24,190 bases of DNA. It comes from a virus (lineage: Duplodnaviria; Caudoviricetes). Within the stretch, counting starts at the first letter, position 1; each line of letters opens with the position of its first letter. The translations under genes and the position numbers were made by a program. The stretch spans positions 1 through 24,190 of the IMG/VR virus record IMGVR_UViG_3300025848_000181. One strand, written 5' to 3'. This document shows, one piece after another, positions 1 through 8,369 of this stretch. The notes beneath the pieces were generated by a model, which searched no databases, was not told the origin of the DNA, and worked only from the letters and a program-made list of their open reading frames with translations.

Positions 1-2
1 AG

Positions 3-113
3 GTGGACAGGTTCCTGAAGCACCCCGAGTTTAAAGCGGCGGCTCAGTTTGCCCCCAACTTCACCTCGGAAGTCCTTCACGCTTTGGCAGAAGCGGAGAA
101 AAAGTCGTGGTAG
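3..113 (+). CDS. 3' end of a truncated small late gene (possibly lysis-associated)
   Basis: Open frame from the window edge, VDRFLKHPEFKAAAQFAPNFTSEVLHALAEAEKKSW, ends TAG 111-113 just upstream of the holin-like gene. Confidence 0.55.
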   Translation: MDRFLKHPEFKAAAQFAPNFTSEVLHALAEAEKKSW

Positions 114-119
114 GATAGG
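107..119 (+). promoter_or_regulatory. GTGGTAGGATAGG motif copy 1 (extended -10 TGnTAGGAT and/or RBS)
   Basis: Identical 13-mer at 1313-1325; both copies lie 3-4 nt before an ATG. Confidence 0.45.
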
Positions 120-123
120 CCAG

Positions 124-270
124 ATGCTCCACGCCAAGGACTACATCGTTGCCGGGACGCCAGTTGCGGCGTCCATCACCCTCTCTCAGGTGAACCAAGT
201 GGCGGCTCTCGTGGGCACCCTTCTCGGAATTGCATACTTACTCTGGAAGTGGTGGAGGGAGGCCAAGTGA
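124..270 (+). CDS. Small membrane protein, putative holin
   Basis: ATG 124 preferred over TTG 49; 48 aa with hydrophobic stretch VAALVGTLLGIAYLLWKWW and charged C-terminus; GTGA overlap with the next gene. Confidence 0.6.
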   Translation: MLHAKDYIVAGTPVAASITLSQVNQVAALVGTLLGIAYLLWKWWREAK

Positions 271-518
271 AGAAGGCGGATATGCCCTGCAACCAGCCGA
301 TGAAGAGCTGGAGGGCGGGGAAGAAGAAGGTGGTGAAGGCTTGTGCGAATGGACAGGAGAGGATTGTCCATTTCGGTGATAGTTCGATGAAGGACTACAC
401 CCAGCACCGCTCCAAGGAGCGCCGTAAGTCCTATTGCGCCCGTTCTGGGGGTATTAAGGGCGGGGAAGGTAAGCTCTCTGCCAACTACTGGGCGCGCAAG
501 GTTCTTTGGTCCTGTTAA
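267..518 (+). CDS. Small basic protein, DUF5754-like
   Basis: GTG 267 overlaps the upstream stop; motifs IVHFGDSSMKDYTQH, ERRKSYCAR, SANYWARKVLW match my recollection of this viral family. Confidence 0.65.
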   Translation: MKKADMPCNQPMKSWRAGKKKVVKACANGQERIVHFGDSSMKDYTQHRSKERRKSYCARSGGIKGGEGKLSANYWARKVLWSC

Positions 519-522
519 TCCT

Positions 523-663
523 ATGAGCAAATCCGGCGAAAAGTACAAGTCGAAGAAGCACGAGATGCGCCACGAGAAGGGCGAATCCAAGAAGGAGCGT
601 ATGATGGAATACGGCTCGATGAAGATGCGTAACCACGGGACCTCCCGTAAGAAGTGCTCCTAA
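523..663 (+). CDS. Tiny Lys/Arg/Met-rich hypothetical protein (46 aa; below the ORF-track cutoff)
   Basis: MSKSGEKYKSKKHEMRHEKGESKKERMMEYGSMKMRNHGTSRKKCS; starts 4 nt after the previous stop, same strand. Confidence 0.65.
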   Translation: MSKSGEKYKSKKHEMRHEKGESKKERMMEYGSMKMRNHGTSRKKCS

Positions 664-1160
664 AGGTCTAGCCGCACCACTCCTAGGTTGTTCTTAAACT
701 GACCATCCTTGGCGTAAAAATGGTCCAAGGAGTGGCAGTTTGGGCACAAGACCTGAAGGTTGGATATGTGGTTGTTCTTGGTGTTCCGGTCGATGTGATG
801 CAATTCCAAGATTCCCACCTCTTTGTCCCAGCCGCATTTTGAGCACGCCTTCGTATCCTGCATAAGCAGGGCCTTGGCGTGTTTGTAGTTTGAGAAGATT
901 CCCTGTTTTTTGTGGTTTTGCGACTTCACTACACTCCAGCACCCGCGAGAGCAGTACGTCGCATTATCTTTGCTTCTAGGAACAAACGGCTTTTGGCATC
1001 CTATGCACTTACGCTCTGCAAATGGTAGGCTGCGCCTTGCTTCATTTAGGCACTTTCGACTACAAAACTTGGCATCTACCCTAGACCCTTCGCACGAAAA
1101 CGAGGTAGCACAGGTTTGGCATACTACAATGCGTCTAGGTAAATGAACGCCTTTAGGCAC
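660..1160 (-). CDS. Free-standing HNH endonuclease with two N-terminal Zn-finger repeats
   Basis: CSKCG...LELHHIDRNTKNNHISNLQVLCPNCH HNH motif; repeats CQTC..FCSRKC and CIGC..YCSRGC; antisense to neighbours and visibly more AT-rich. Confidence 0.85.
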   Translation of the reverse strand: MPKGVHLPRRIVVCQTCATSFSCEGSRVDAKFCSRKCLNEARRSLPFAERKCIGCQKPFVPRSKDNATYCSRGCWSVVKSQNHKKQGIFSNYKHAKALLMQDTKACSKCGWDKEVGILELHHIDRNTKNNHISNLQVLCPNCHSLDHFYAKDGQFKNNLGVVRLDL

Positions 1161-1171
1161 AACACAATCCT

Positions 1172-1312
1172 ATGCCACTAACCAAGAAGGGGAAGTCTAT
1201 TTTTTCCAAGATGCAGGAAAGCTACGGCAAGGAGAAGGCCCAACGGGTCTTCTACGCTGCCGCGAACAAGGGGTCCATCAAGGGAGTCGATTTCAAGCGG
1301 AAGCGGCGGTAA
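1172..1312 (+). CDS. Tiny basic phage protein (46 aa; below the ORF-track cutoff)
   Basis: MPLTKKGKSIFSKMQESYGKEKAQRVFYAAANKGSIKGVDFKRKRR; resembles a small protein I recall from environmental phages; fills the gap before the next gene. Confidence 0.75.
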   Translation: MPLTKKGKSIFSKMQESYGKEKAQRVFYAAANKGSIKGVDFKRKRR

Positions 1313-1325
1313 GTGGTAGGATAGG
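1313..1325 (+). promoter_or_regulatory. GTGGTAGGATAGG motif copy 2
   Basis: Identical to 107-119; ATG at 1329. Confidence 0.45.
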
Positions 1326-1328
1326 TGT

Positions 1329-2084
1329 ATGCCTGTCCTGTCCACAGTTGGTGCTGCCTCTTTGCGGGCGTTTGGGGCCTTCCGTCGGGGGACGGCGGCT
1401 GGGTTCATCTCAGCCACGGGCGGGACGATCACCACTAGTGGGAATTACAAATACCACACATTTACGTCTTCGGGGACGTTTTCAGTAGCCTCGGTGCCTT
1501 CGGGCAGGACGATTGACTACATTCTCGTTGCTGGTGGCGGCGGGTCGGCCAATCAACGAGGTGGTGGCGGTGGCGGTGTGGTCGTTAGGACGGCTCAGAC
1601 GCCTTCCGCTGGGTCCTACTCCGTAGTCGTAGGGTCGGGTGGTGCGCTTGCGACCAACGCCGGGAACAACGGTGGAGATACGACGTTTGCTGGCCTAACC
1701 GCCATTGGCGGCGGTGGTGGCGTTGCTAGTGGTGGAACTCCCGGCACTAATGTCGGGCGCTCTGGCGGTTCCGGTGGCGCGGGTACGGATGGAGGCGGTT
1801 CCGCCCTTCAGCCTACCTCCTCTTCTGGTGGATTTGGCAATGTTGGCGGGACTGGTGGTGGTGGTGGTGCTGGCGGAGCTGGCAGCACTAGTGCGGGAGG
1901 GTCGGCCTACAACGACACTTCTGTCACCGGAAACTCCTATGCTGGCGGCGGCCCGTTTTCTACAGACGGCACCTATCTTGGCCCCTCTGCTAACACCGGC
2001 GAGGGCGGTGGGTATGAGGACGATACCGGCACCGGATACAATGGCGCGAGTGGCGTCTTCGTCGTTCGCTACCTCTATCAATAA
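1329..2084 (+). CDS. Glycine-rich virion protein (fibre/decoration-type)
   Basis: ATGGTITTSGNYKYHTFTSSGTF, LVAGGGG, AIGGGGG, YAGGG and the terminal GASGVFVVRY pattern of phage Gly-rich domains. Confidence 0.75.
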   Translation: MPVLSTVGAASLRAFGAFRRGTAAGFISATGGTITTSGNYKYHTFTSSGTFSVASVPSGRTIDYILVAGGGGSANQRGGGGGGVVVRTAQTPSAGSYSVVVGSGGALATNAGNNGGDTTFAGLTAIGGGGGVASGGTPGTNVGRSGGSGGAGTDGGGSALQPTSSSGGFGNVGGTGGGGGAGGAGSTSAGGSAYNDTSVTGNSYAGGGPFSTDGTYLGPSANTGEGGGYEDDTGTGYNGASGVFVVRYLYQ

Positions 2085-4261
2085 TGGCACGCTATTCCAA
2101 GTTTGGGGCACTAGACTCGGCCATTGTTGACGATGGCGACGTAGGCTTTACGCGGGTCAATAACCGCCTCCGTCCTGACCAGTTGAAGGGCGGGGAGGTC
2201 TATTCCAGCATCAACGGGCGGATGGACATCGAGGGGGCTTGGCAGACTCGCAAGGGGCTGGAGAGCTTCGGTCCCACCCTTACAGCCAATACGGAGTCCA
2301 TCCGGCTTACATCTCCCGCCGTCTGGTATCTGTACGCCACTGCCAGCATCTCCTCGGCTAGCCGGTCGGGCACCACCGTAACGGTAAATACGGCCACGAA
2401 TGCCTTTGTTACCAATACGCTGGTAAACATCGCTGGCGTTAGCGGCACGGTGGACCCCACGGGGAATCGGGTGATTACGGTCGTTAGCACCACCCAGTTC
2501 ACCTTCACCATCCCCGGAGCCACGGGGAGTGAGACTTATACCGTCAGTTCTGGGGTGGCCGGTCCGGCCAAGCTCACGGCTACGGCTACGACCGGCGTTT
2601 ACGGGTCTTGCCTCTTCTCCGACCCTTCCAGCCAGAACGCCAACTACATCATCCGGGCAACCAATCAGAACGCCATTGCTACCCCTGCTAGTGGCGGGGC
2701 TTCGGTGACCATCTCCTATCCGGCTGGCGTATCCATCTCCTCGACTGTCGAACTCCTACAATGCTTCGACAAGGTGCTGATGTTCCGCGAGGGTCAGACC
2801 GCCTTGGAATGGAACGGAGCCCTTTCTGGCAGTCCAGCCTTTACGGCGGTGGCTAGTGGGGTGTATACGCAGCCTGTATACTTCGATGCGGCGGGGAATG
2901 CCTCGATCACGGATGGCGTGGTTACCATCACGGCCAACTCCCACGGGCTTTCCGTTGGAGATACGGTTTACGTCATCGACCGGGCATCCTCCGAGCTTCA
3001 GGAGGGAGACTTCCCGTACACGGTGAGCGATGTGCCTACGGCCAACAGCTTCAAGTTCCTTGGGCAGGTGCCGGACATTTCTTCGGACCGCATCGTGGTG
3101 TCCAAGAAGATTAGTTCCGGGAAGGGCTTCATCCATATGCCCGCGCCGGGATGGGGCTACTACCACCAACGCCGTCTGTGGGTTCCTTACTGGTATGAGC
3201 CGGGTGCCGGTTCCTATACTGACAGGAATGTCAGAGACGAGATCATTGCCTCCGACATTCTGGACAGCGACACCTACGACCGCATCCAGAACCAGTACCG
3301 GATCACGGCTGGTGTGGCTGACAACGTAGTTGGACTCCAAGCCTTCTCCGAGGACAACCTCCTCGTCTTTAACCGCAATTCCATCCATCTGGTGAGGGGA
3401 ATCAGCGGGTCGGTGGCTGACACGGCTGTTCAGATGATTACGTCTGAGGTCGGATGTGTAGCCCGCCGGTCCATCCTCCAGATCGGGAATCAGGTTCTGT
3501 TCCTTTCCGACAATGGGGTATATGCCGCGGCCTTCGGTGACCTTTATAACCTAAGAGGTGCAGGCGTACCATTGTCGGAGCCTATTGCGGCCACGATTCA
3601 GCGGATTAACAAGGACTATGCGGATAGGGCGGTAGCGGCCTACTTCAACAACCGCTACTACCTCGCGGTGCCGTTGGACGCCTCCACGACCAATAACGCC
3701 ATCCTCATCTACAACTTCCTGAATCAGGGATGGGAGTCGTTGGATACGACGGGGCGGACTGGCTGGGAGATCGACAACTTCATCGTCGCGGACAACAGCG
3801 GGCTGGCCTCCCTGTACACCATCAGTCCTAGTGGCTCCATCCACGAGATTGACGCCCGTGAGGACGGGAATGACAATCTGTCCCTATTTGCCGGGATCAG
3901 CCCCGCCATCTACCCCATCTCCAGCAGCGTCACTACTCGTCAGTACGCCTACGGGATGATGGACCGCAAGAAGTTCAATTCCTATGAGTTCCATATTGAA
4001 AGCTCTGCTTCGGAGTCATCGAACGCGACGTTCTCGGCGGAAGTGGAGAATCCCGATGCCATTGTTGATCTTGGCTCTCTCTCAAGCCTCTTTGGCTCCA
4101 ATTTGGCGGTAGCCGAAGATGCGTCGCTGCGTGGTAGAATCGGAAACAAGCGCGGCTATGGCATCCAGATGACGGTGGCCCCTACCAATGGGCGACCGAA
4201 GTTGAGGGCCGTAAAGGTGCAGGCGATGATCACCGACCCAACTATCTCTCAAGCCTCCTAA
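2084..4261 (+). CDS. Tail nozzle / head-tail stabilisation protein (P22 gp10 or T7 gp12-like)
   Basis: 725 aa, beta-rich; GCVARRSILQIGNQVLFLSDNGVY and YFNNRYYLAVP...ILIYN..GW motifs; lies upstream of the ejection genes. Confidence 0.75.
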   Translation: MARYSKFGALDSAIVDDGDVGFTRVNNRLRPDQLKGGEVYSSINGRMDIEGAWQTRKGLESFGPTLTANTESIRLTSPAVWYLYATASISSASRSGTTVTVNTATNAFVTNTLVNIAGVSGTVDPTGNRVITVVSTTQFTFTIPGATGSETYTVSSGVAGPAKLTATATTGVYGSCLFSDPSSQNANYIIRATNQNAIATPASGGASVTISYPAGVSISSTVELLQCFDKVLMFREGQTALEWNGALSGSPAFTAVASGVYTQPVYFDAAGNASITDGVVTITANSHGLSVGDTVYVIDRASSELQEGDFPYTVSDVPTANSFKFLGQVPDISSDRIVVSKKISSGKGFIHMPAPGWGYYHQRRLWVPYWYEPGAGSYTDRNVRDEIIASDILDSDTYDRIQNQYRITAGVADNVVGLQAFSEDNLLVFNRNSIHLVRGISGSVADTAVQMITSEVGCVARRSILQIGNQVLFLSDNGVYAAAFGDLYNLRGAGVPLSEPIAATIQRINKDYADRAVAAYFNNRYYLAVPLDASTTNNAILIYNFLNQGWESLDTTGRTGWEIDNFIVADNSGLASLYTISPSGSIHEIDAREDGNDNLSLFAGISPAIYPISSSVTTRQYAYGMMDRKKFNSYEFHIESSASESSNATFSAEVENPDAIVDLGSLSSLFGSNLAVAEDASLRGRIGNKRGYGIQMTVAPTNGRPKLRAVKVQAMITDPTISQAS

Positions 4262-4262
4262 T

Positions 4263-4958
4263 ATGCCTGTCCTTTCCAAAGGCACCACTTTTGCTGTCGG
4301 CGATGCCCCTACGGCTACCACCCTGAACAATCTGGTGGATAATGCCACCTTTGTGTCCGGGGCGGTGGATGGAGCGACTACCCAGCTCTCCTCTGGGGCA
4401 ATCATCGTCAAGGACGGAGGCATCACCCCGGCTAAGTTGTCCACGGGAGGCCCTTCTTGGACTAGTGGCGGGGCGTTGAGTGCTACGTCCATCCAGAACA
4501 GCCCTATTGGCTCTTCTACGGCCTCTTCCGGGGCGTTTACGACCCTTTCGGCGTCCGGCACTACCTCCATCTACGAAGTGCTGGAAAAGGCTTCTATTGC
4601 GGCTACTTCGCTTACGGGGACCGTCAACTACAACGCTCTGGATGGGGCGGTCCTGTATTGCACCTCAAATGCATCTGGGAACTGGACGCTGAACGTGCGC
4701 GGGGATGGTTCGACGACCCTGAACAACGTGATGGCGACGGGGGATAGCCTCAGCTTGGCTATTCTGGTCACTCAGGGGTCCACGGCCTACTACCAGTCCG
4801 GCTTCCAGATTGACGGGTCCAGCGTGACCCCGAAGTGGGCGGGTGGCACGGCCCCGACTGCGGGTAATGCGTCTAGTGTGGACGCCTACACGATCACCAT
4901 CTTTAAGACGGGAAGTGCTACCTTCATCGTCTTCGCCAGCCAAACCAAGTTTGCCTAA
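4263..4958 (+). CDS. Tail structural / short fibre protein
   Basis: Ser/Thr/Gly-rich; TATTLNNLV N-terminus, KDGGITPAKL motif, C-terminal beta domain VTPKWAGGTAPT...VDAYTITIFKTG. Confidence 0.65.
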   Translation: MPVLSKGTTFAVGDAPTATTLNNLVDNATFVSGAVDGATTQLSSGAIIVKDGGITPAKLSTGGPSWTSGGALSATSIQNSPIGSSTASSGAFTTLSASGTTSIYEVLEKASIAATSLTGTVNYNALDGAVLYCTSNASGNWTLNVRGDGSTTLNNVMATGDSLSLAILVTQGSTAYYQSGFQIDGSSVTPKWAGGTAPTAGNASSVDAYTITIFKTGSATFIVFASQTKFA

Positions 4959-5316
4959 CGCCATTGAGCGTGCGCTGGCCCTTTATGGGCCGGATTTTGC
5001 CAACGTACACGGGTTCTATTCCCAGTACGGATATTGTTACTCTGAGCCGGAGGCGTTAGTTCTCTTCCGTCCGTGCTTGAGGGAAAGATTTTGGGAGATC
5101 AATCCACCCACTCCTGACTGTTGGTGGGTGGAGTTGGCGATAGGGCCGAAAGCACCAGCCATCTTTGCTAGAATCCTCCCGTGGTCACTACCTTACGTTG
5201 GCTGGCAACGCGGGGCTAGGAACGACCTAAAACCTCGCTTCTTCCCTTTCAACAAAGCCAAAGCACTCTATGAGCTTAAAGGTAGGTTCACCTCCCCCTC
5301 CGCCAGCCCCCGTTAG
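4951..5316 (+). CDS. Hypothetical protein at the T7 gp13-like position (possible GNAT-like fold)
   Basis: Probable TTG start at 4951 overlapping the upstream stop; aromatic-rich DCWWVELAIG, LPYVGWQR; sits between the tail and ejection genes. Fold is inference. Confidence 0.55.
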   Translation: MPNAIERALALYGPDFANVHGFYSQYGYCYSEPEALVLFRPCLRERFWEINPPTPDCWWVELAIGPKAPAIFARILPWSLPYVGWQRGARNDLKPRFFPFNKAKALYELKGRFTSPSASPR

Positions 5317-7153
5317 CGCCGGGCAGTCTGCTAGTCAATTTGTGCGGGAGATGGCCGACCCGGCCTTCCAGCAGCTACTGTTCCAAGCCGAGTCTACCTA
5401 TCGGCCTCAGTACACGGCGCTAAATCAGCGCGACCTGATGAACACCCTTATCGGGGTGGCTCCGGGCACGGAAGAGGGCTTCTACGGCACTCTGGATTTG
5501 GCTGATATGGCGGCTCGCCGTCAGGCGGCGCTTGGCCAGAGCCTCCAGACGCAGGCTACGGAGTTTGGTCTTGCCCAGCTTGGGGCGTATGCCCCGCAGG
5601 CCCGTGAGGCTTATTTGGCTGCTAATCCGCAGATGGCGGCGGCTCTGGCTCAGGCCGAGTCGATGGGTGGGCGGCAGGCTAGTGGCTATCTGAACGAGAT
5701 GGGGCGGCTTGCGATGCAGGCTCCTCAGACTCAGGCCATCAGTCCCGAGCGGGTGGCGGCGATGGGTGGATTCACTCCTCAGCAGGTTGCCGCGCAGCAG
5801 GTTCAGCTTGGTGGCGTTCTTACCCCTGAGCGGGCGGCTGCGGAGCGCATTGCTGCCGGTCAGGTGCAGGCGGGTCAGATTGGCGCTGGGGCTCTTGGCG
5901 AGTCGCTCTATCAGCAGGCTCTTCAAGCCCAGCAGCAGAGCCCGCTTTCCCAATCGTTGCAGGCTCAGGGGATGGCCCGTGCTACTGCTCCCGGCCAGCT
6001 CACCCCGGAGGAGATCAGGGCGGCTACGCAGGGCACTCGTGAGGGCTTTGCGGCTTCCGGGCGTTTGGCTGACAATGCGGCCATTGCCGGTGAGGCTCTT
6101 GCCCGTGCGGGAGCGGCGCGTGAGCGGTCGGTGCAGGACATTGCTCTTGCCCAGCAAATCAACCAGCAGCTTTTGGGAGCCCAGCAACAGGGTCAGGCGC
6201 TGGCTACGGATGTTCTCCGGGCGGATATTGCCCGTCAGCAGGCCAATGTCGGAACCCAGCTTCAGGCGGGTCAGTTCAACGTCAGCAGCGCCCTCGATGC
6301 TTCGCGGGCCAATCAGCAGGCGGCGCTTCAGGCTGCGTTGGCAAATCAGGCGGCGGCCAATATGGCCCAGCAGTTCAACATCACGAACGCCCAGAACGTG
6401 CAGCAGATGAATCAGGCTGCCAACCTTCAGGCGGCGCTTGCCAATCAGGGCGTGGGACAGCGGGCGTTTGAGTTTGGGGCTGGTCAGAATCTCGCGGCCC
6501 AGCAGTTCAATGCCCAGCTTGGGATGTCGGCTGCGGAGGCTAATCGCGCCTATCAGGCCCAGCAGGCCCAGCAGCGGTTTGCCAACCTTGGCGCTGTCCT
6601 CGGTTCTGAGCAGGCGATGCTTGGTGCAGATCGCGCTTACGCGCTTCAGCAGGCTGGTCAGCAGCAGGGCGTCACGGCGGCTAGCCTCGGCCTCATTGGC
6701 TTCGGCCAGACTCCCTATGCTCTGGGCCTTGGGGCGCAGCAGCAGGGCATCAGTCAGGGCCAGATGGGGATGGGTCCGCAGCTCTTTGATCCGTCTGCTG
6801 GCATCAACCTTGGTCTCCAGAATGCGGCTAATCTGGGCAACTATCAAGCTGCTACCTACGGTGCGCGGGCTGGGGCTCAGGGCGCTATGATGGGCGGCTT
6901 GATGCAGGGCCTTGGGACTATTGGCGGCGCTGCTGTCGGGAAGTATTGCTGGGTAGCCCGAGAGGTCTATGGCAAGGAGAACCCCAAGTGGGTACTGTTC
7001 CGCGAGTGGCTGTTCTCCAAGGCCCCTGCGTGGTTCCGCAACCTGTACATCAAGCACGGGGAGCGGTTTGCCGAGTTCATCAGCAACAAGCCGAAACTGA
7101 AGTCCCTAATCCGTCGTTGGATGGACAGCCGAATCAGCTACAACTTCGCTTAA
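5270..7153 (+). CDS. Internal virion / DNA ejection protein with C-terminal CFI-box-like domain
   Basis: N-terminal SPPPPPAP, very Ala/Gln/Gly-rich body, Gly-rich hydrophobic tail, then CWVAREVYG domain. Confidence 0.7.
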   Translation: MSLKVGSPPPPPAPVSAGQSASQFVREMADPAFQQLLFQAESTYRPQYTALNQRDLMNTLIGVAPGTEEGFYGTLDLADMAARRQAALGQSLQTQATEFGLAQLGAYAPQAREAYLAANPQMAAALAQAESMGGRQASGYLNEMGRLAMQAPQTQAISPERVAAMGGFTPQQVAAQQVQLGGVLTPERAAAERIAAGQVQAGQIGAGALGESLYQQALQAQQQSPLSQSLQAQGMARATAPGQLTPEEIRAATQGTREGFAASGRLADNAAIAGEALARAGAARERSVQDIALAQQINQQLLGAQQQGQALATDVLRADIARQQANVGTQLQAGQFNVSSALDASRANQQAALQAALANQAAANMAQQFNITNAQNVQQMNQAANLQAALANQGVGQRAFEFGAGQNLAAQQFNAQLGMSAAEANRAYQAQQAQQRFANLGAVLGSEQAMLGADRAYALQQAGQQQGVTAASLGLIGFGQTPYALGLGAQQQGISQGQMGMGPQLFDPSAGINLGLQNAANLGNYQAATYGARAGAQGAMMGGLMQGLGTIGGAAVGKYCWVAREVYGKENPKWVLFREWLFSKAPAWFRNLYIKHGERFAEFISNKPKLKSLIRRWMDSRISYNFA

Positions 7154-7154
7154 T

Positions 7155-8369
7155 ATGGCTATCATTGGACAAGGCGTACAGGCTGGTCTTGGTCGTATTG
7201 ACTACTCTCCCTATATGCAGGGAGCGGTGGCCGGGGCTCAGGGCATTGCTCAGGGGCTTGCCGGCTTTGGGCAGAGTGTCGGCAGCGGCATTCAGAACTA
7301 CCTGAAGAAGCAGGAAGAGAAGAAGAAGGAGCAAGAGGGCATTGAGTTCATCAAGAACCAGTTTCCCGGAATTGACGACAAGGCTGCCAAGGCGGGTTTG
7401 AGCGCGGCTGGTGGTCCTGCGGCTTTCGTCAAGTTCCAGTCTGAGCAGAACGCCTTACGTGAGGCTGCGGCTGCCCGCAATGCGGCCTTGGAAGACCAGC
7501 GCAAGGCTGCTCAGGTTGCGGCTTATCTTCAGCAGGGTGGTGGGAATCTGCCTTCCCCCGTCAATCGGGCCTTTTTCACGCCTGAGCAGCAGATGGCGGG
7601 TGAAATGTCCTATCTTCAGTTGGCTCGTCAGCGTGCGGAACGCGATAAGACGATAGCTGAGGCTGCTGCTCTACGTGCCGGTAAGCCTGAAAAGGCTCCT
7701 ACTGGAACCGAAGCTCTTTACCAATCCTTGAGGCAGGCTGCTGTTGAGGCTAATAATGGACAGCCATTAACCGCTGCTCAAGATGCTAAGATTCGGCAGA
7801 ACGCGATTGAAGCTGGACGCGCTCAAAGCACTACCAATTATGGACCGGGGTTGATCAATACGATTTACTCCGACTTGGCCAAGGAGAAGGGTGACATATT
7901 TTCGCTTCGCGAGGCAATCGCCAACTACGGCGCTGCTATTAATGAGATCACCGGGTCCAAGGCTTTTAGCGGACCTGCTGGTGCTATCAAGTATGCCGGT
8001 GCCCGTGCGCTTCAAGTAGTCGGGTCCGATGCATTCAAGACTGAGGCCGACGCTTATCAGGCGGCTGCTTCTGCGCTTGCTAGTTCCGTTCTTGCTATTG
8101 CCCGTCAGCTTCCGGGCGCTTCGTCAGATCGTGACGTTATCTTCCTGCAACGTGTTGCTACCGGCGATGAGCGGGTTCCAAGTGCAGAGGTTCTAAAGAA
8201 GATTCAGGCCCGTGTTGAGGCAAAGCTAGCTCGCGTAGAATCGACGTTTCAGAACAAGCTTCAGGCATTTGGCGAAGCCTCAAAAGGAGACTCCAATGCT
8301 CAGTTTGCGTTCAAGGTCCTTTCCTCCAAGCCCAGCGCGGAAATGCCGGGTCTTCCTGCTAACTTCTAA
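7155..8369 (+). CDS. Internal virion / DNA ejection protein 2
   Basis: 404 aa, Ala-rich helical; N-terminal IDYSPYMQG..GIAQGLAGFG; contiguous with flanking genes. Confidence 0.65.
   Translation: MAIIGQGVQAGLGRIDYSPYMQGAVAGAQGIAQGLAGFGQSVGSGIQNYLKKQEEKKKEQEGIEFIKNQFPGIDDKAAKAGLSAAGGPAAFVKFQSEQNALREAAAARNAALEDQRKAAQVAAYLQQGGGNLPSPVNRAFFTPEQQMAGEMSYLQLARQRAERDKTIAEAAALRAGKPEKAPTGTEALYQSLRQAAVEANNGQPLTAAQDAKIRQNAIEAGRAQSTTNYGPGLINTIYSDLAKEKGDIFSLREAIANYGAAINEITGSKAFSGPAGAIKYAGARALQVVGSDAFKTEADAYQAAASALASSVLAIARQLPGASSDRDVIFLQRVATGDERVPSAEVLKKIQARVEAKLARVESTFQNKLQAFGEASKGDSNAQFAFKVLSSKPSAEMPGLPANF

Noticed and set aside
1545-1900. GGT/GGC runs as a DNA repeat element
   Set aside because: Explained by poly-Gly coding.
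5420-7057. 545-aa minus-strand ORF
   Set aside because: Leu-rich antisense shadow of the CAG-rich ejection gene; no motifs.
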